The translations under genes and the position numbers were made by a program. Positions 1 to 12,067 of a DNA stretch of 64,000 bases are shown here, piece by piece. This stretch comes from Heptranchias perlo. Lineage: Eukaryota. The notes below the pieces were generated by a model. It saw only the letters and a list, made by a program, of their open reading frames with translations. It did no database searches and was not told the origin of the DNA. The stretch is from assembly GCF_035084215.1 (NCBI RefSeq), contig NC_090326.1, positions 82,274,001-82,338,000 of the forward strand. Direction: 5' to 3'. Within the stretch, counting starts at the first letter, position 1. Each line of letters begins with the position of its first letter.

Positions 1-146
1 TCACCCCTGGAATCATTCTAGTAAATCTCTTCTGCACCCTCTCCAAGGCCTTCACATCTTTCCTAAAGTGCAGTGTCCAGTACTGGACACAATACTCCAG
101 TTGTGGCCGAACCAGTGTTTTATAAAAGGTTTTATAAAAGGTTCAT
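1..146 (-). mobile_element. CR1 LINE ORF2 3' fragment (cut by window edge)
   Basis: Near-identical to 7594-7728 (PQLEYCVQ/RKDVKALE region). Confidence 0.8.
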
Positions 147-154
147 CAGTTAGT

Positions 155-1600
155 TAACAACAACAGGAATTTGCATTTATATAGGGCCTTTAACATAGAA
201 AAACAACCTAAGGCACTTCACAGAAGCATAATCAGACAAAAATCAACACAGAGCAAAATAAGATATTAGGAGCAATGCTTGTTCAAAGAGGTGGGTTTTA
301 AGGAGGCCTTAAAGGAGGAGCGGAAGGTGGAGAGCAGAAACTGTTTAAGGAGGGAATTTCAGTGCTTAGGGCCTAGACAGCTGGAGGCATGGCCACCAAT
401 GGTGAGGTGAATGAAGTTGGAAATGAACAAGAAGCCAGAATTGGAGGAACAGGGTTCTTGGATGATTGTAGGCTGGAGGAGCTGACAGAGATAGGGAGGG
501 TTGAGGCCATGGAGGGATTTGAATCCAAGGTGAGAATTTTAAATTTGAGGCTTTGGAGGACTGGAGCCAATGTAGGTCAGTGAACATATGGGTGATGGGT
601 AAGTGCGACTTGATGTGGGACAGGATACGGGCAGGAGAGTTTTGGATGAGCTGAACTTTATGGAGGTTAGAGGATAGGAGGTAGCCTAGAGAGTGTTGGA
701 ACAGGTCTCCTGAATCGACAAAGGCATGGGTGAGGGTTTTGGTAGCAGATGGATTGAGATGGGAAGTCAGCCACTGGCATGTAAATGAAGCTCGGGAGTT
801 AAAATTGACATCATAATTCAGCCACTGAAAACTGGCCCACTGTTATAATCAGGGGCCATGTCTTTAGATGATGGGAGGCCAGCCAGGAGAGCATCAAAGG
901 GCAAAATGTAGATGAGGAAGTGAAGGGGGCCAAGGAGAGATCTTTGGGGAACTCCGCAGGTAACAGTGCAGGGACAGGAAGAGAAGCTATCGCTGATCAT
1001 GGATGGAAAGGGCTTTATTTGTGAGTGAACAGACATTCTGAAGAGAAATGTGGTAAGGAGCACAGAAGTGATCCACTGGTAGAGTTCAAGGGGGTAGTGG
1101 TGGGTGGGATGAGCAGGACAAGAAGGAGTTTGGCAAGGTTAACCCCCAGCAAACACGCTGAGTGTGGAAGTTAGCAAGACAGGAAGATGGGGTTGCTGCT
1201 CATAAGGAGGTAACAACAAGTGCCCCGATGGGCTCTTCAGAGAATGCAGAGAGAGACCACAGAAGGTAAATGTGGGCTTATCCTAGGGGGATTCAAGGCA
1301 GGAACAGCGGCAGGAGAGTAGGGAGGCAGAGAAGTAGTGATGGTTTTGGGTAGGGATTGGGGAGGCAAAGTATCCAAGAGGGGATAAAAGAAAGGTGGTA
1401 TGATTATGTGACAGGAAAGGGAAGTGACAGGAGACAAGATCCAAAAGATGCCAAGAAAGAGAAAAAAAAGGGGATAGAAGGGGCTTGGGTACGAAGCGCC
1501 AGCCAAACTGCGCACGCAAATGGACATAGAGGGAATTTGGGTTATATAGGCATGGTGGAGATCAGAAGAGACATGTCCAGGTCGTAGGTGCCTTGTATCA
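155..1600 (-). mobile_element. Decayed L2-type LINE remnants
   Basis: 3' tail caacaac...ttgcatttatatag. RT remnant CGVPQRSLLGPLHFLIYILP at ~880-1000. Confidence 0.6.
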
Positions 1601-1726
1601 AATTAATCAGAAATTTTTACCCTCAGTACATCCAGATGTTACAATAAAATGGTGCAATATCTAATTAATCAACTGTCAGCCACAGGTACCAAACTTCACT
1701 TGATCAACAACCCCACCAAATACAAA

Positions 1727-2800
1727 AGGGTCAATTTTAACTCTGCCTACCTGGAGGAAATCAGGAAGTTGGCAGTTAAAATGGATGCAGCAATTTTCCT
1801 CCTCCAATCCTGCTGTAATTTTAAACTGCTTTTTTGAGCAGGTGAGAGCGAAACCCTCCGAAGGGCAATGAGGTGCTTCTTTAAATATGCAGATCAGACT
1901 CCGATGATGTCATTGAGGCTTGACTGCTATTTTAACATGAGACCTGTGCGGGGAAGACATCACAACTTGCCCACCAGGGCAACCTGGCAGCTAGAGGATC
2001 TGGGGCCAGAAGAGGCACAGAAAGAGATAGTTTAATTTTATCTTTTCTTTTGTTTCTTTGTGGGGCAGGAGGAGCAGGAAAGTGTTCAGTCAGCAGAAAG
2101 AAGGGCGAGATTTGGAAATCTCCCGAGAACACTGACAGAAGCAATTACTACAACAAAGTTTGGAGCATCTTGGGAGCAACGGTCACTACAGGTTATTTCA
2201 TACTGCAGCAGGAGATGAAGGAGAGTGCAGCCTGGAAGTACCGAACCATAGGAGGTGCACCAGTGTCAGAACAAACTACCCCAAGGTGTGAACATACTGC
2301 AGAAGGTGCACTTGCTCAGAGATCACAGAGAACTTGATCATGAGACTCAGGCTGAGCATGGAGGCTGTGACTAGGGTGTGCTATCTGTTCCACAAAGACC
2401 TACAGAGACAGTTGACCATAGAAACTGTAATACCAGTGGCATTGCTTTCAATGTTTACATCATTAGATCCTACTAGGCACAAGTAGGAGATATCCCTGGA
2501 GTCCAGTGCTGGAATAAGGGCTTAATTGAAGCCCTGTTTCATTCCCCAGACAGGTACATATGTTTCACCAGTGGCCACTAGCAGCAACTGCAGAGGAGAG
2601 TAGAATTTTATAACTCAATATGCTTCGCCTCAAATCATGGAACTTTTTGCACATCTCCTTCCACATCCTCGGAGAAGTCAACCCAAAGTTGGCCAGCCAC
2701 GCAACTTGTCTTCTGACAATGTTTATACTTGTCCCTTCAGACCAAAAAGCTCATTTTATTTTTCAAAAAGACAATCCAGCAGCAGCTCAAAATCCTAGTC
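1727..2800. mobile_element. Highly decayed PIF/Harbinger element (transposase N-terminus on +, Myb/SANT remnant on -)
   Basis: Left end ggggtcaattttaac. + strand ~2275-2445 reads NYPKV*TY...MRLRLSMEAVTRVCYLFHKDL...VIPVA, alignable to HYPRNRVY...WRLRVSRQEVTDICSLLHAEL...LPVA of the 40 kb transposase. - strand ~2622-2715 reads PRMWKEMCKKFHDLRR. Confidence 0.6.
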
Positions 2801-3221
2801 TGTAAACAAGGCTTTCCAAATACGTCATCCCTCATTGGATGTTCCTTTGAGCGTTTAATAGTGAAATGTGGTGAATTTAAGTTAGTTATCATGACAACAG
2901 CCTTTCTCTATAAAATCTAGTAAGTTTTCTATTCCAGCTTGCTGTATATTTGCATTATTCTGAAAGGTCTCACATGCTACATACTTTGTGAATGGCAATT
3001 TGCAGCAAATAATTCAGCTGTTAAAAATGGAAGTGTAGCAAATTCCTGATTACAAAGTGGAGTTTAGTTCAAAATTGCAAGGAAAATAACTGTTTGAAGC
3101 AATGCCTCATCTCACAACTCACAACTAGGGAGAATTGCTGTTCACATAATTTTTTTTAGGATAACCAATGTTGCCTTTATACTATGTAAAACTGCTTCAA
3201 TTAGAATGAGTTCTGGTATTT

Positions 3222-3678
3222 AAGAAAGAAATAACTTTCACTTATATAGCACCTTTCATGATCACTGGATGTCCCAAAGCATTTTCCAGCCAATGAAGTA
3301 CTTTTGGAGTGCAGTCACTGTTGTATGTAGGGAAACACGGCAGCCAAATCATGCATGTCGTCCAACAAACAGCAATGAGATTAATGAGCAGATAATCTGT
3401 GTCAGTGATGTTGGTGAGGCATAAATATTGTCCAGCACACCTCCTCTGCTCTTCAAATAGTGCCATGGGATCTTTAACGTCCACCTAAGAGCGCAGATAA
3501 GGCCTCAGTTTAACGTCTCATCTAAAAGGCATCACTTCCGACAGTGCAGCACTCCCTCAATACTGGACTGAAGTATCAGCCTAGATTATGTGCTCAAGTC
3601 CCTGGACTGGGGCTTGAACCCACAACCTTCTTACTCAGAGGCAAAGTGTGCTACCAACTGAGGCAAGGCTGACACCTT
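3222..3678 (-). mobile_element. tRNA-derived DeuSINE (SacSINE1/AmnSINE1-like)
   Basis: tRNA-like head (ggttcaagccc), core ggtggacgttaaagatcccatggcactatttgaag, L2-like tail. Same family as 12068-12520. Confidence 0.75.
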
Positions 3679-5329
3679 GTAGGCTGCTGCTGCTCCATAA
3701 TCTACCCATTTACGTTTCAGGGTGGGACTTCAGAGCAACAGATAAATGTCATCTTATGTAGTTGTTTAAAATTTACAATTGCGATTTTCATTTTCTGGCC
3801 ACAGCTATTACCCAAAGGCTTGGAAAGATCTGTACAGGCCAGCAAGTGTTGGTTTGCATGGGCAAACCGTGCTCTTAGTCTGCTTGCACCCAGATACCAA
3901 AGTGGCCGTTATGACTTCTGCTGACAAAAGCAATGTTTATATTGCTGCCTTGGCTTTTTCTCCTATCAGTGGCATGGGGAAGAAGCACCTCTTGTACCAC
4001 TGATGAAAGAGCTATCTGCTTTGTATTACAGTGCTGTCACTGATGGCAATGCTATGATGAAAATGCACCATAAAAGATTGAGACACAAAATGAACCTTTA
4101 AGGGCCAGTTGCTATCTGCTATTTGTTTTGACAGTCTACATTTAAATAAGAATAGTACTATTGCCAATACAATTATGTGCCAAATGCTGAGATTATGTGG
4201 GAAATAAAGGTGTTATCTTCAGAAATGGAACGCTTAGTTGCCTTTCTCATGCAAACTGGCACAAGAGGTAATGCTCCTTTGTTGGCTGAAAATGTTGATA
4301 CACCAGGAATAAGAAATTGGAGTTGTTTACATATTGCACTAAGACTTGTACTAGTGGCGCCTGCTACCGATGTGCGGATCTCCCAAACATCCCGGGATTC
4401 GCTAAGGCTGATGGCCAAGACTAAGACCGGGTCTTCTCATTGATGGCATTTGTGAATCTTGGCAAGTTTCCTTTCGGGTTGCAGTTGGCTGCATGAAGCC
4501 CACACTTTAGGAGACGCACCCACCAGCACAGGTCCCGTGAGATATAAAATCAACTCAGATTAACTGATCTTTGCTTATAAAGATCACGCCAAAAGGAGGA
4601 TGGAAATATGGCCTCTGTTTTCTACAATAAAGACCATAATTTACTGTAGTCTGCTATAATAAAGACATTAAAATACTGCCGTTCAAACAGACATCTGTGC
4701 CATTTAGGCCATGAGCACAGAATGTCAGTCTATCCTCTTCCTGACGTGGAAATTCTATGACAGCAAGGGTTTCTAAATTTGAAGAAAATGTAACCCACAG
4801 CAAAACTTTATGGACAGCCTCTAGCATTTCATCACAAAATTTTGAATTATAATTTCAATGAATATTTAATGTGGCCTTGAATCTATTTCTGTGCAACTAA
4901 AAGATATTGGGCGGAACTTTTAACTTTGGTGGGCACTTCAATGGAAAGGAATATCGGGCAGGGTGTGCAACGATCAGACATCGGGCAGGGTGTGCAACGA
5001 TCAGACCTGAAAATGAGAGATCATAATATAATAGAATTTCATATTGTGTTTGACAATGATGCAGTTAAGTCCGAAACAAGGGTGTTAAATGTAAACAATG
5101 CCATTGTACGCTGAAAGACGCCCTAGTAAGAACGGGATATGACGCTCGACTCATCGATCGACAGTTCCGACGGGCCACAGCAAAAAATCGCATAGACCTC
5201 CTCAGGAGACTAACACGGGACGCAACCAACAGAGTACCCTTTGTCGTCCAGTACTTCCCCGGAGCGGAGAAACTACGCCATGTTCTCCGCAGCCTTCAAC
5301 ATGTCATCAATGAGGACAAACACCTCGCT

Positions 5330-5902
5330 ATGGCCATCCCCACACCTCCACTACTCGCCTTTAAACAGCCACCCAACCTCAAACAGACCATCGTTCGCAG
5401 CAAACTACCTAGCTTTCAAGAGAACAGCGTCCACGACGCCACACAACCCTGCCACGGTAACCTCTGCAAGACATGCCAGATCATCGACACAGATACCACC
5501 ATCACACGAGATGACACCACCCACCAGGTGCATGGTTCATACTCCTGTGACTCAGCCAACGTTGTCTACCTCATACGTTGCAGGAAAGGATGCCCCAGAG
5601 CATGGTACATTGGCGAGACCATGCAGACGCTGCGACAACGGATGAACGGACACCGCGCAACAATCGCCAAACAGGAGGGTTCCCTCCCAGTCGGGGAACA
5701 CTTCAGCAGTCATGGACATTCATCCACCGACCTTCGGGTAAGCGTACTCCAAGGCGGCCTTCGAGACACACGACAACGCAAAATCGTCGAGCAGAAATTG
5801 ATAGCCAAGTTCCGCACCCATGAGGACGGCCTCAACCGGGATCTTGGGTTCATGTCACGCTACACGTTACCCCACCAGCGAACAAATGTTATCTGTTTTT
5901 AA
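5330..5902 (+). CDS. Penelope GIY-YIG endonuclease domain (truncated retroelement ORF)
   Basis: VVY-YIG motifs, catalytic R and E (IVEQKLI) and terminal GLN. Confidence 0.85.
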   Translation: MAIPTPPLLAFKQPPNLKQTIVRSKLPSFQENSVHDATQPCHGNLCKTCQIIDTDTTITRDDTTHQVHGSYSCDSANVVYLIRCRKGCPRAWYIGETMQTLRQRMNGHRATIAKQEGSLPVGEHFSSHGHSSTDLRVSVLQGGLRDTRQRKIVEQKLIAKFRTHEDGLNRDLGFMSRYTLPHQRTNVICF

Positions 5903-6151
5903 TATAATGGGTCATTTGCTGGCTCTCTCTGCCTTCCGGATGTTTCTGCCTCTCTCTGTGTTTTTTTTTCTCTGTTTTTTTTCCCTGTTTGTTTTTTTGT
6001 TGAATGTGTATTCGGAGGTTCTGCAGGTAACACCTCTCTGTCTGAACACGGTGATTGCCTTGGCAACGGGCAGTTGCAGGGGCAGTCTGTAAACACCATG
6101 TATTATTGTTCAATATGTATAAATGCGTAGGCTTCAAGGAGATCTTGAAAC

Positions 6152-6192
6152 ATTTGCCTGAGGAAGGAGAAAATCTCCGAAAGCTTGTGAAT
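6152..6192 (+). ncRNA. Minimal type I hammerhead ribozyme motif in Penelope pLTR
   Basis: AUUUGC-CUGAGGA-A-GGAG(aaaau)CUCC-GAAA-GCUU-GUGAAU: core boxes, stem II, pairing stem I and palindromic AGCU in place of stem III. Confidence 0.65.
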
Positions 6193-7137
6193 TTAAAATA
6201 AAATTGCTGGACTATAACTTGGTGTTGTAAAATTGTTTACAATTGTCAACCCCAGTCCATCACCGGCATCTCCACATCATTGTACGTATGAGCGGCGAGT
6301 TGGCTACATAGACTGGGAAATTAGATTAAAAGATATGATGGTGGATGAACAATGGCGAACATTTAAAGAAATATTTTATAATTCTCAAAGAATACACATT
6401 CCCTTGAGGAATAAAAACTATACAGGAAAAATGATCAAACCGTGGCTAGCTAGAGAGATTAAGGATAGTGTTAGATTAAAAGAAGAGGCTTACAACATTG
6501 CCAAAAAGAGTAGTAAGCCTGAGGATTGGGAAGGATGACCACAAAATTGATAATGAGGGAGAAAATTGAATATGAGAGTAAACTAGCAAGAAAAATAAAA
6601 ACAGATTGTAAGAGCTTCTACAAGTATGTAAAAAGGAAGAGAGTAGCAAAAGTCAACCTGGGTCCCTTAGACACAGAGAAAGGAGAAATTATAATGGGGA
6701 ATAAGGAAATGTCAGTAACGTTAAACAAATATTTTGTATCTGTCTTCACAGTAGACGATACAAAAAACATACCGGAAACAGTGGGGAACCAAGAGTGAGG
6801 AACTTAAAGTAATTAAGATTAGTAAAGAAAAAGTACTGGAGAAATTAATGGGACTAAAAGCCGACAAATCCCCTGGATCTGATGGCCTACATTCTAGGGT
6901 TTTAATAGACGTGGCTGCAGAGATAGTGGATGCATTGGTTTTGATCTTCCAGAATTCCCTAGATTCTAGAATGGTCCTTGTGGATTGGAAGGTAGCAACT
7001 GTAACCCCGCTATTCAAGAAAGGACGGAGAGAGAAAACACGGAACTATTGGCCAGTTATCCTGACATCAGTAGTAGGGAAAATGCTAGAATCTATTATTA
7101 AGGATGCAGTAACAGAGCACTTGGAAAATCATATGAT

Positions 7138-9705
7138 TAGAATCATAGAATGGTTACAGCACAGAAGGAGGCCATTCGGCCCATCAAGCCCGTGCCGGCT
7201 TTCTGCAAGAGCAATCCAGCTAGTCCCACACCCCTGTCCTATCCCCGTAGCCCTGCAATTTTTTTTTCCCCCTTCAAATATTTATCCAACTCCCTTTTGA
7301 AAGCCATGATTGAATCTGACTCCACCACCCCCTCAGGCAGTGCATTCCAGATCATAATCACTCGCTGCGTAAAAACGTTTTTCCTCATGTTGCCTTTGGT
7401 TCTCTGGCCAATCACCGTAAATCTGTGTGCTCTGGTCTTGATCCTTCCACCAATGGGAACAGTTTCTCTCCATCTACTCGGTCTAGACCCCTCATGACTT
7501 TGAACACCTCTATCAAATCTCCTCTCAACCTTCTCTGCTCTAAAGAGAACAACCCCAGCTTCTCCAGTCTACCCACGTAACTGAAGTCCTTCATCCCTGG
7601 AACCATTCTAGTAAATCTTTCCTGCACCCTCTCTCTAAGGCCTTCACATCCTTCCTAAAGTGCAGTGTCCAGAATTGGACACAACACTCCAGTTGTGGCT
7701 GAACCAGTGTTTTATAAAGGTTCAACATAACTTCCTTGCTTTTGTACTCTATGCCTCTATTTATAAAGCCCAGTATCCCATATGCTTTCTTAACCGCTTT
7801 CTCAGCCTGCCCTGCCACCTTCAATGATTTGTGCCCATATACCCCCAGGTCTCTCTGTTCCTGCACCCCCTTTAGAATTGTATCCATTAGTTTATTTTGC
7901 CTCTCCTCCAAAATATATCACTTTGCACTTCTCTGCGTTAAATTTTATCTGCCACATGTCCGCCCATTCCACCAGCCTGTCTATATCCTCTTGAAGTTAT
8001 CATTATCCTCCTCACTGTTCACTACACTTCCAAGTTTTGTGTCATTTGTTAATTTTGAAATTGTGCCCAAGTCCAAGTCATTAATATATATCAAGAAAAG
8101 CAGTGGTCTTAGTACTGACCCTTGGGGAACATCACTGTATACCTTTCTCCAGTCCGAAAAACAACCGTTCACCACTACTCTCTGTTTCTTGTCACTTAGC
8201 CAATTTCATATCCATGCTGCCACTGCCCCTTTTATTTCACGGTGTTCAACTTTTCTGACAAGCCTATTATGTGGCACTTTATCAAACACCTTTTAGAAGT
8301 CCATATACACCACATCAACCGCATTGCCCTCATGAACCCTCTCTGTTACCTCATCAAAAAACTCAATTTGCCTTTAACAAATCTGTGCTGGCTTTCCTTA
8401 ATTAATCCACACTTGTCCAAGTTACTGTTAATTTTGTCCTGAATTATTGTTTCTAAAAGCTTCCCCGCCACCGAGGTTAAACTGACTGGCCTGTAGTTGT
8501 TGGATTTATCCTTACACACCTTTGTGAACAAGGGTGTAACATTTGCAATTCTCCAGTTCTCTGGCACCACCCCCGTATCTAAGGATGATTGGAAGATTAT
8601 GCCCAGTACATCCACAATTTCCACCCTTACTTCCCTCAGCATCCTAGGATGCATCCCATCCCGACCGGATGACTTATCTACTTTATTGCAGCCAGCCTTT
8701 CTAGTACCATCCCTATCAATTTTTAGCCCATCCAGTATCTCAACTACCTCCTCTTTTACTGCGACTTTGGAAGCATTTTCTTCCTTGGTGAAGACAGATG
8801 CAAAGTACTCATTTAGTACCTCAGCCATGCCCTCTGCCTCCACGGGTAGGTTTCCTTTTTGGTTCCTATTCAGCCCCACCCCTCCTCTTACAACCCGTTT
8901 ACTATTTATATGCCCATAGAAGACTTTTGGCTTCCCTTTTATGTTAGGCGCAAGTCTATTCTTATACTCTCTCTTTGCCCCTTTTATTTCCTTACACTTC
9001 ACCTCTGAACTTTCTATATTCAGCCTGGTTCTCACTTGTATTATCAACCTGCCATCTGCCATATGCCCCTTTCTCTGCTTCATCTTACTCTCTATCTCTT
9101 TCGTCAACCAGAGAGCTCCGGCTCTGGTTGCCCTACCTTTCCCCCTCACGGGAATGTACCTAGACTGTACCCAAACCATCTCCTCTTTAAAGGCTGCACA
9201 CTGTTCAATTACAGTTTTGCCTGCCAATCTTTGATTCCAATTTACCCGAACCAGATCCGTTCTCAACCCATTGAAATTGGCCCTCCTTCGATTAAGTATT
9301 TTTACTCTAGAGTGCTCCTTGTCCTTTTCCATAGCTAATCAAAACCTTATGATACTATGATCACTGTTCTCTAAAAATTCCCCTACTGACACTTGACCCA
9401 CCTCATTCTCAGAACCAATCCAGCAATGCCTCCTTCCTTGTTGGGCCGGAAACATATTGGTCAAGAAAGTTCTCCTGAACACACTTCAGAAATTCTTCCC
9501 CCTCTCTGCCCTTTACATTATTACTATCCCAGTCTATATTAGGATAATTGAAGTCCCCCATTATCACTACTCTATAGCTTTTGCACCCCTCTGTAATTTC
9601 CCTGCAAATTTGCTCCTCTATATCCTTCCCACTAGTTGGTGGCCTATAGAATACACCCAGTAGTGTAATGGCACCTCTATTGTTTCTTAATTCTAACCAA
9701 ATAGG
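7138..9705 (-). mobile_element. CR1 LINE (APE endonuclease plus RT, decayed) nested in host CR1
   Basis: GVFYRPP...MGDFNYPNIDW, NYRPVSLTSVAGK, VPQGSVL and 3' (ttctatga)n tail at ~7138-7150. Confidence 0.9.
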
Positions 9706-10387
9706 CAGAGCCAATGACTAAGCAGAGTCAACACGGTTTTATGAAAGGGAAATCCTGTTTGACAAATCTATTAGAATTTTTTGAGGATGTAACTAGCAGG
9801 GTAGATAAGGGGGAACCGGTGCATGTAGTATATTTGGATTTTCAAAAGGCATTCAAAAGGTGCCATACAAAAGGTTGTTACACAAGATTAGGGCTCATGG
9901 GATTGGGGGTAATATATTAGCGTGGATTGAGGATTTGTTAAGGGACAGAAAACAGAGTGTAGGACGAAACGGGTCATTTTGAGGTTGGCAGGTTGTAACT
10001 ATTGAGGTGCCGCAAGGATCAGCTGCTTACAATATATAGATCAATGACTTCGATGAGGGGACCGAGTTTGCTGATGATACAAAGCTAGGTGGGAAAGTAA
10101 GCTGTGAGGAGGATACAAAGAGTCTGCAAAGGGATATAGACAGGATACGTGAGTGGGCGAGAAGTGGTAGATGGAGTATAATGTGGGGAAATGTGAAATT
10201 ATCCACTTTGGTAGGGAGAATAGAAAAGCAGAATATTTTTTAAAAGTTGAGAGATTAAGAAATGTTGATATTCAGGGGGATTTGGGTGTCCTTGTATCGA
10301 ATAACAGAATGTTAACATGCAGGTATTACAAGCAATTAGGAAGGCAAATGGCATGTTAGCCTTTTTTGCAAGGGGGTTGGAGTTTTT

Positions 10388-10746
10388 TTTAAAATTCATT
10401 CATGGGATGTTGGCATCGCTGGCAAGGCCAGCATTTATTGCCCATCCCTAATTGGGTGGTGGTGAGCTGCCTTCTTGAACCGCTGCAGTCCGTGTGGTGA
10501 AGGTTCTCCCTCAGTGCTGTTAGGAAGGGTGTTCCAGGATTTTGACCCAGTGACGATGAAGGACCGGCGATATATTTCCAAGTCAGGATGATGTGTGACT
10601 TGGAGGGGAACGTGCAGGTGGTGGTGTTCCCATGTGCCTGCTGCTCTTGTCCTTCTAGGTGGCAGAGGTCACGAGTTTGGGGAGAGGTGGTGTTGAAGAA
10701 GCCTTGGCAAGTTGTTGCAGTGCATCTTGTAGATGGTACACACTAC
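10388..10746 (-). mobile_element. 3' fragment of A-tailed CR1/L2-group LINE (family of 35305-36896)
   Basis: Reverse complement of 36535-36890. Confidence 0.85.
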
Positions 10747-11761
10747 TCTAAGAGTAAGGAGGTCTTGCTGCAATTATATAGGACTCTGGTAAGACCACAC
10801 CTGGAGTACTGTGTACAGTTTTGGACTCCTTACCTAAGGAAGGATATACTTGCCTTAAAGGGGATGCAACAAAGGTTCACTATATTGATTCCTAGGATGC
10901 AAGGGTTGTCCCATGAGGAGAGATTGAGTAGAATGGGTCAAAATTCCCTGGAGTTTAGAAGAATGTGAGGTGATCTCATTGAAATGTATAAAATTCCAAG
11001 AGGGCTTGACAAGGTAGATGCTTAGAGGCTGTTTGCCCTAACTGGATCGACCAGAACTAGGGGTCATAGTCTCAAGATAAGGACCGAGATGAGGAAACAT
11101 TTTTTCACTCAGAAGGTTGTGAATCTTTGGAATTCTCTAACCCAGAAGGCTGTGGATGCTCAGTCATTGAGTATATTCAAGACTGAGATCGATTGTTTTT
11201 TTTGGACACTAAGGGAATCAAGGGATATGGGTATAGGGCGGGAATGTGGAGTCGAGATAGAAGGTCAGCCATGATCTTATTGAATGGCAGAGCAGACTCG
11301 AGGGACCGTATGGCCTACTCATTCTCCTATTTCTTATGTTCTTAAAAGCAAGGAAGTTACGCAAAACCTTTATAAACACTGGTTAGGCCTCAGCTGGAGA
11401 ACTGTGTTCAATTCTGGGCACCACACTTTAGGAAGGATTTCAAGAACTTAGAGAGGGTGCAGCAAAGATTTACTAGGATGGTGCCAGAGATGAGGGACTT
11501 CAGTTATGTGGAGAGACTGGAAAAGCTGGGGTTGTTCTGCTTAGAACAGAGAAAGATAAGGGGAGATTTGATAGAGGTGTTCAAAATCGTGCACGGTCTT
11601 GACAGAGTAAATAAGGAGAAACTATCTCGAGTGGCAGAATGGTTGGTAACTAGAGGGCACAGATTTAAGGTGATTGGCAAAAGAGCCAGAGGCGACATGA
11701 GGAAACATTTTTTTATGCAGCGAGTTGTTATGATCCAGAATGCACTGCCTGAAAGGACGGT

Positions 11762-11905
11762 TGCAAACAATTTTACAACACCAAGTTATAGTCCAACAAA
11801 TTTATTTTAAATTCCACAAGCTTTCGGAGGCTTCCTCCTTCCTCAGGTGAACGGTGTGGATCCCATAGTGTCCATCACCGGCATCTCCACATCATGGCTA
11901 CCATC
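11762..11905. mobile_element. Penelope pLTR fragment with internal inversion
   Basis: 11762-11850 is the reverse complement of 6155-6243. 11869-11896 matches 6255-6280 directly. gaaaggacggt is duplicated at 11751-11761 and 11906-11916. Confidence 0.85.
11812..11851 (-). ncRNA. Minimal hammerhead ribozyme motif
   Basis: UUCAC-CUGAGGA-A-GGAGG(aag)CCUCC-GAAA-GCUU-GUGGAA. Confidence 0.65.
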
Positions 11906-12067
11906 GAAAGGACGGTGGAAGCAGATTCAATAGTAACTTTCAAAAGGGAATTGGATAAATACTTCAAGGGAAAAAAATTTACAGGGCAATGGGGAAAGAG
12001 CAGGGGAATGGGACAGTTTGTTAGAGTCAAACATATCAGCCATTTTTGTCCTTTAGTAAACAGAAAT

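Larger units (their letters stand above)
5111..6277 (+). mobile_element. Penelope-like retroelement 3' fragment (GIY-YIG endonuclease plus pLTR)
   Basis: ORF with CxxxxCxTC and NVVYLIRC...WYIGET...LRQRMNGH...GLN. Flanked by cattgtacg repeats at 5102-5110 and 6278-6286. Confidence 0.9.
5010..11344 (+). mobile_element. Host CR1 LINE ORF2 (5'-truncated) interrupted by three younger insertions
   Basis: Collinear pieces: xDHN (~5015), KSPGSDGLH...NYWPVILTSVVGK (6848-7135), [15 protein letters not shown]...FADD (9714-10385), RPHLEYCVQFW...3' tail ttcttatgttctt (10750-11344). Confidence 0.85.
11345..12015 (+). mobile_element. CR1 LINE 3' fragment interrupted by a Penelope pLTR
   Basis: RPQLENCVQFWAPHFRK...RGHRFKV. 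Confidence 0.85.

Noticed and set aside
7736-9338. Long plus-strand ORFs (186, 140 and 97 aa)
   Set aside because: They are antisense shadows of the minus-strand CR1 ORF2.
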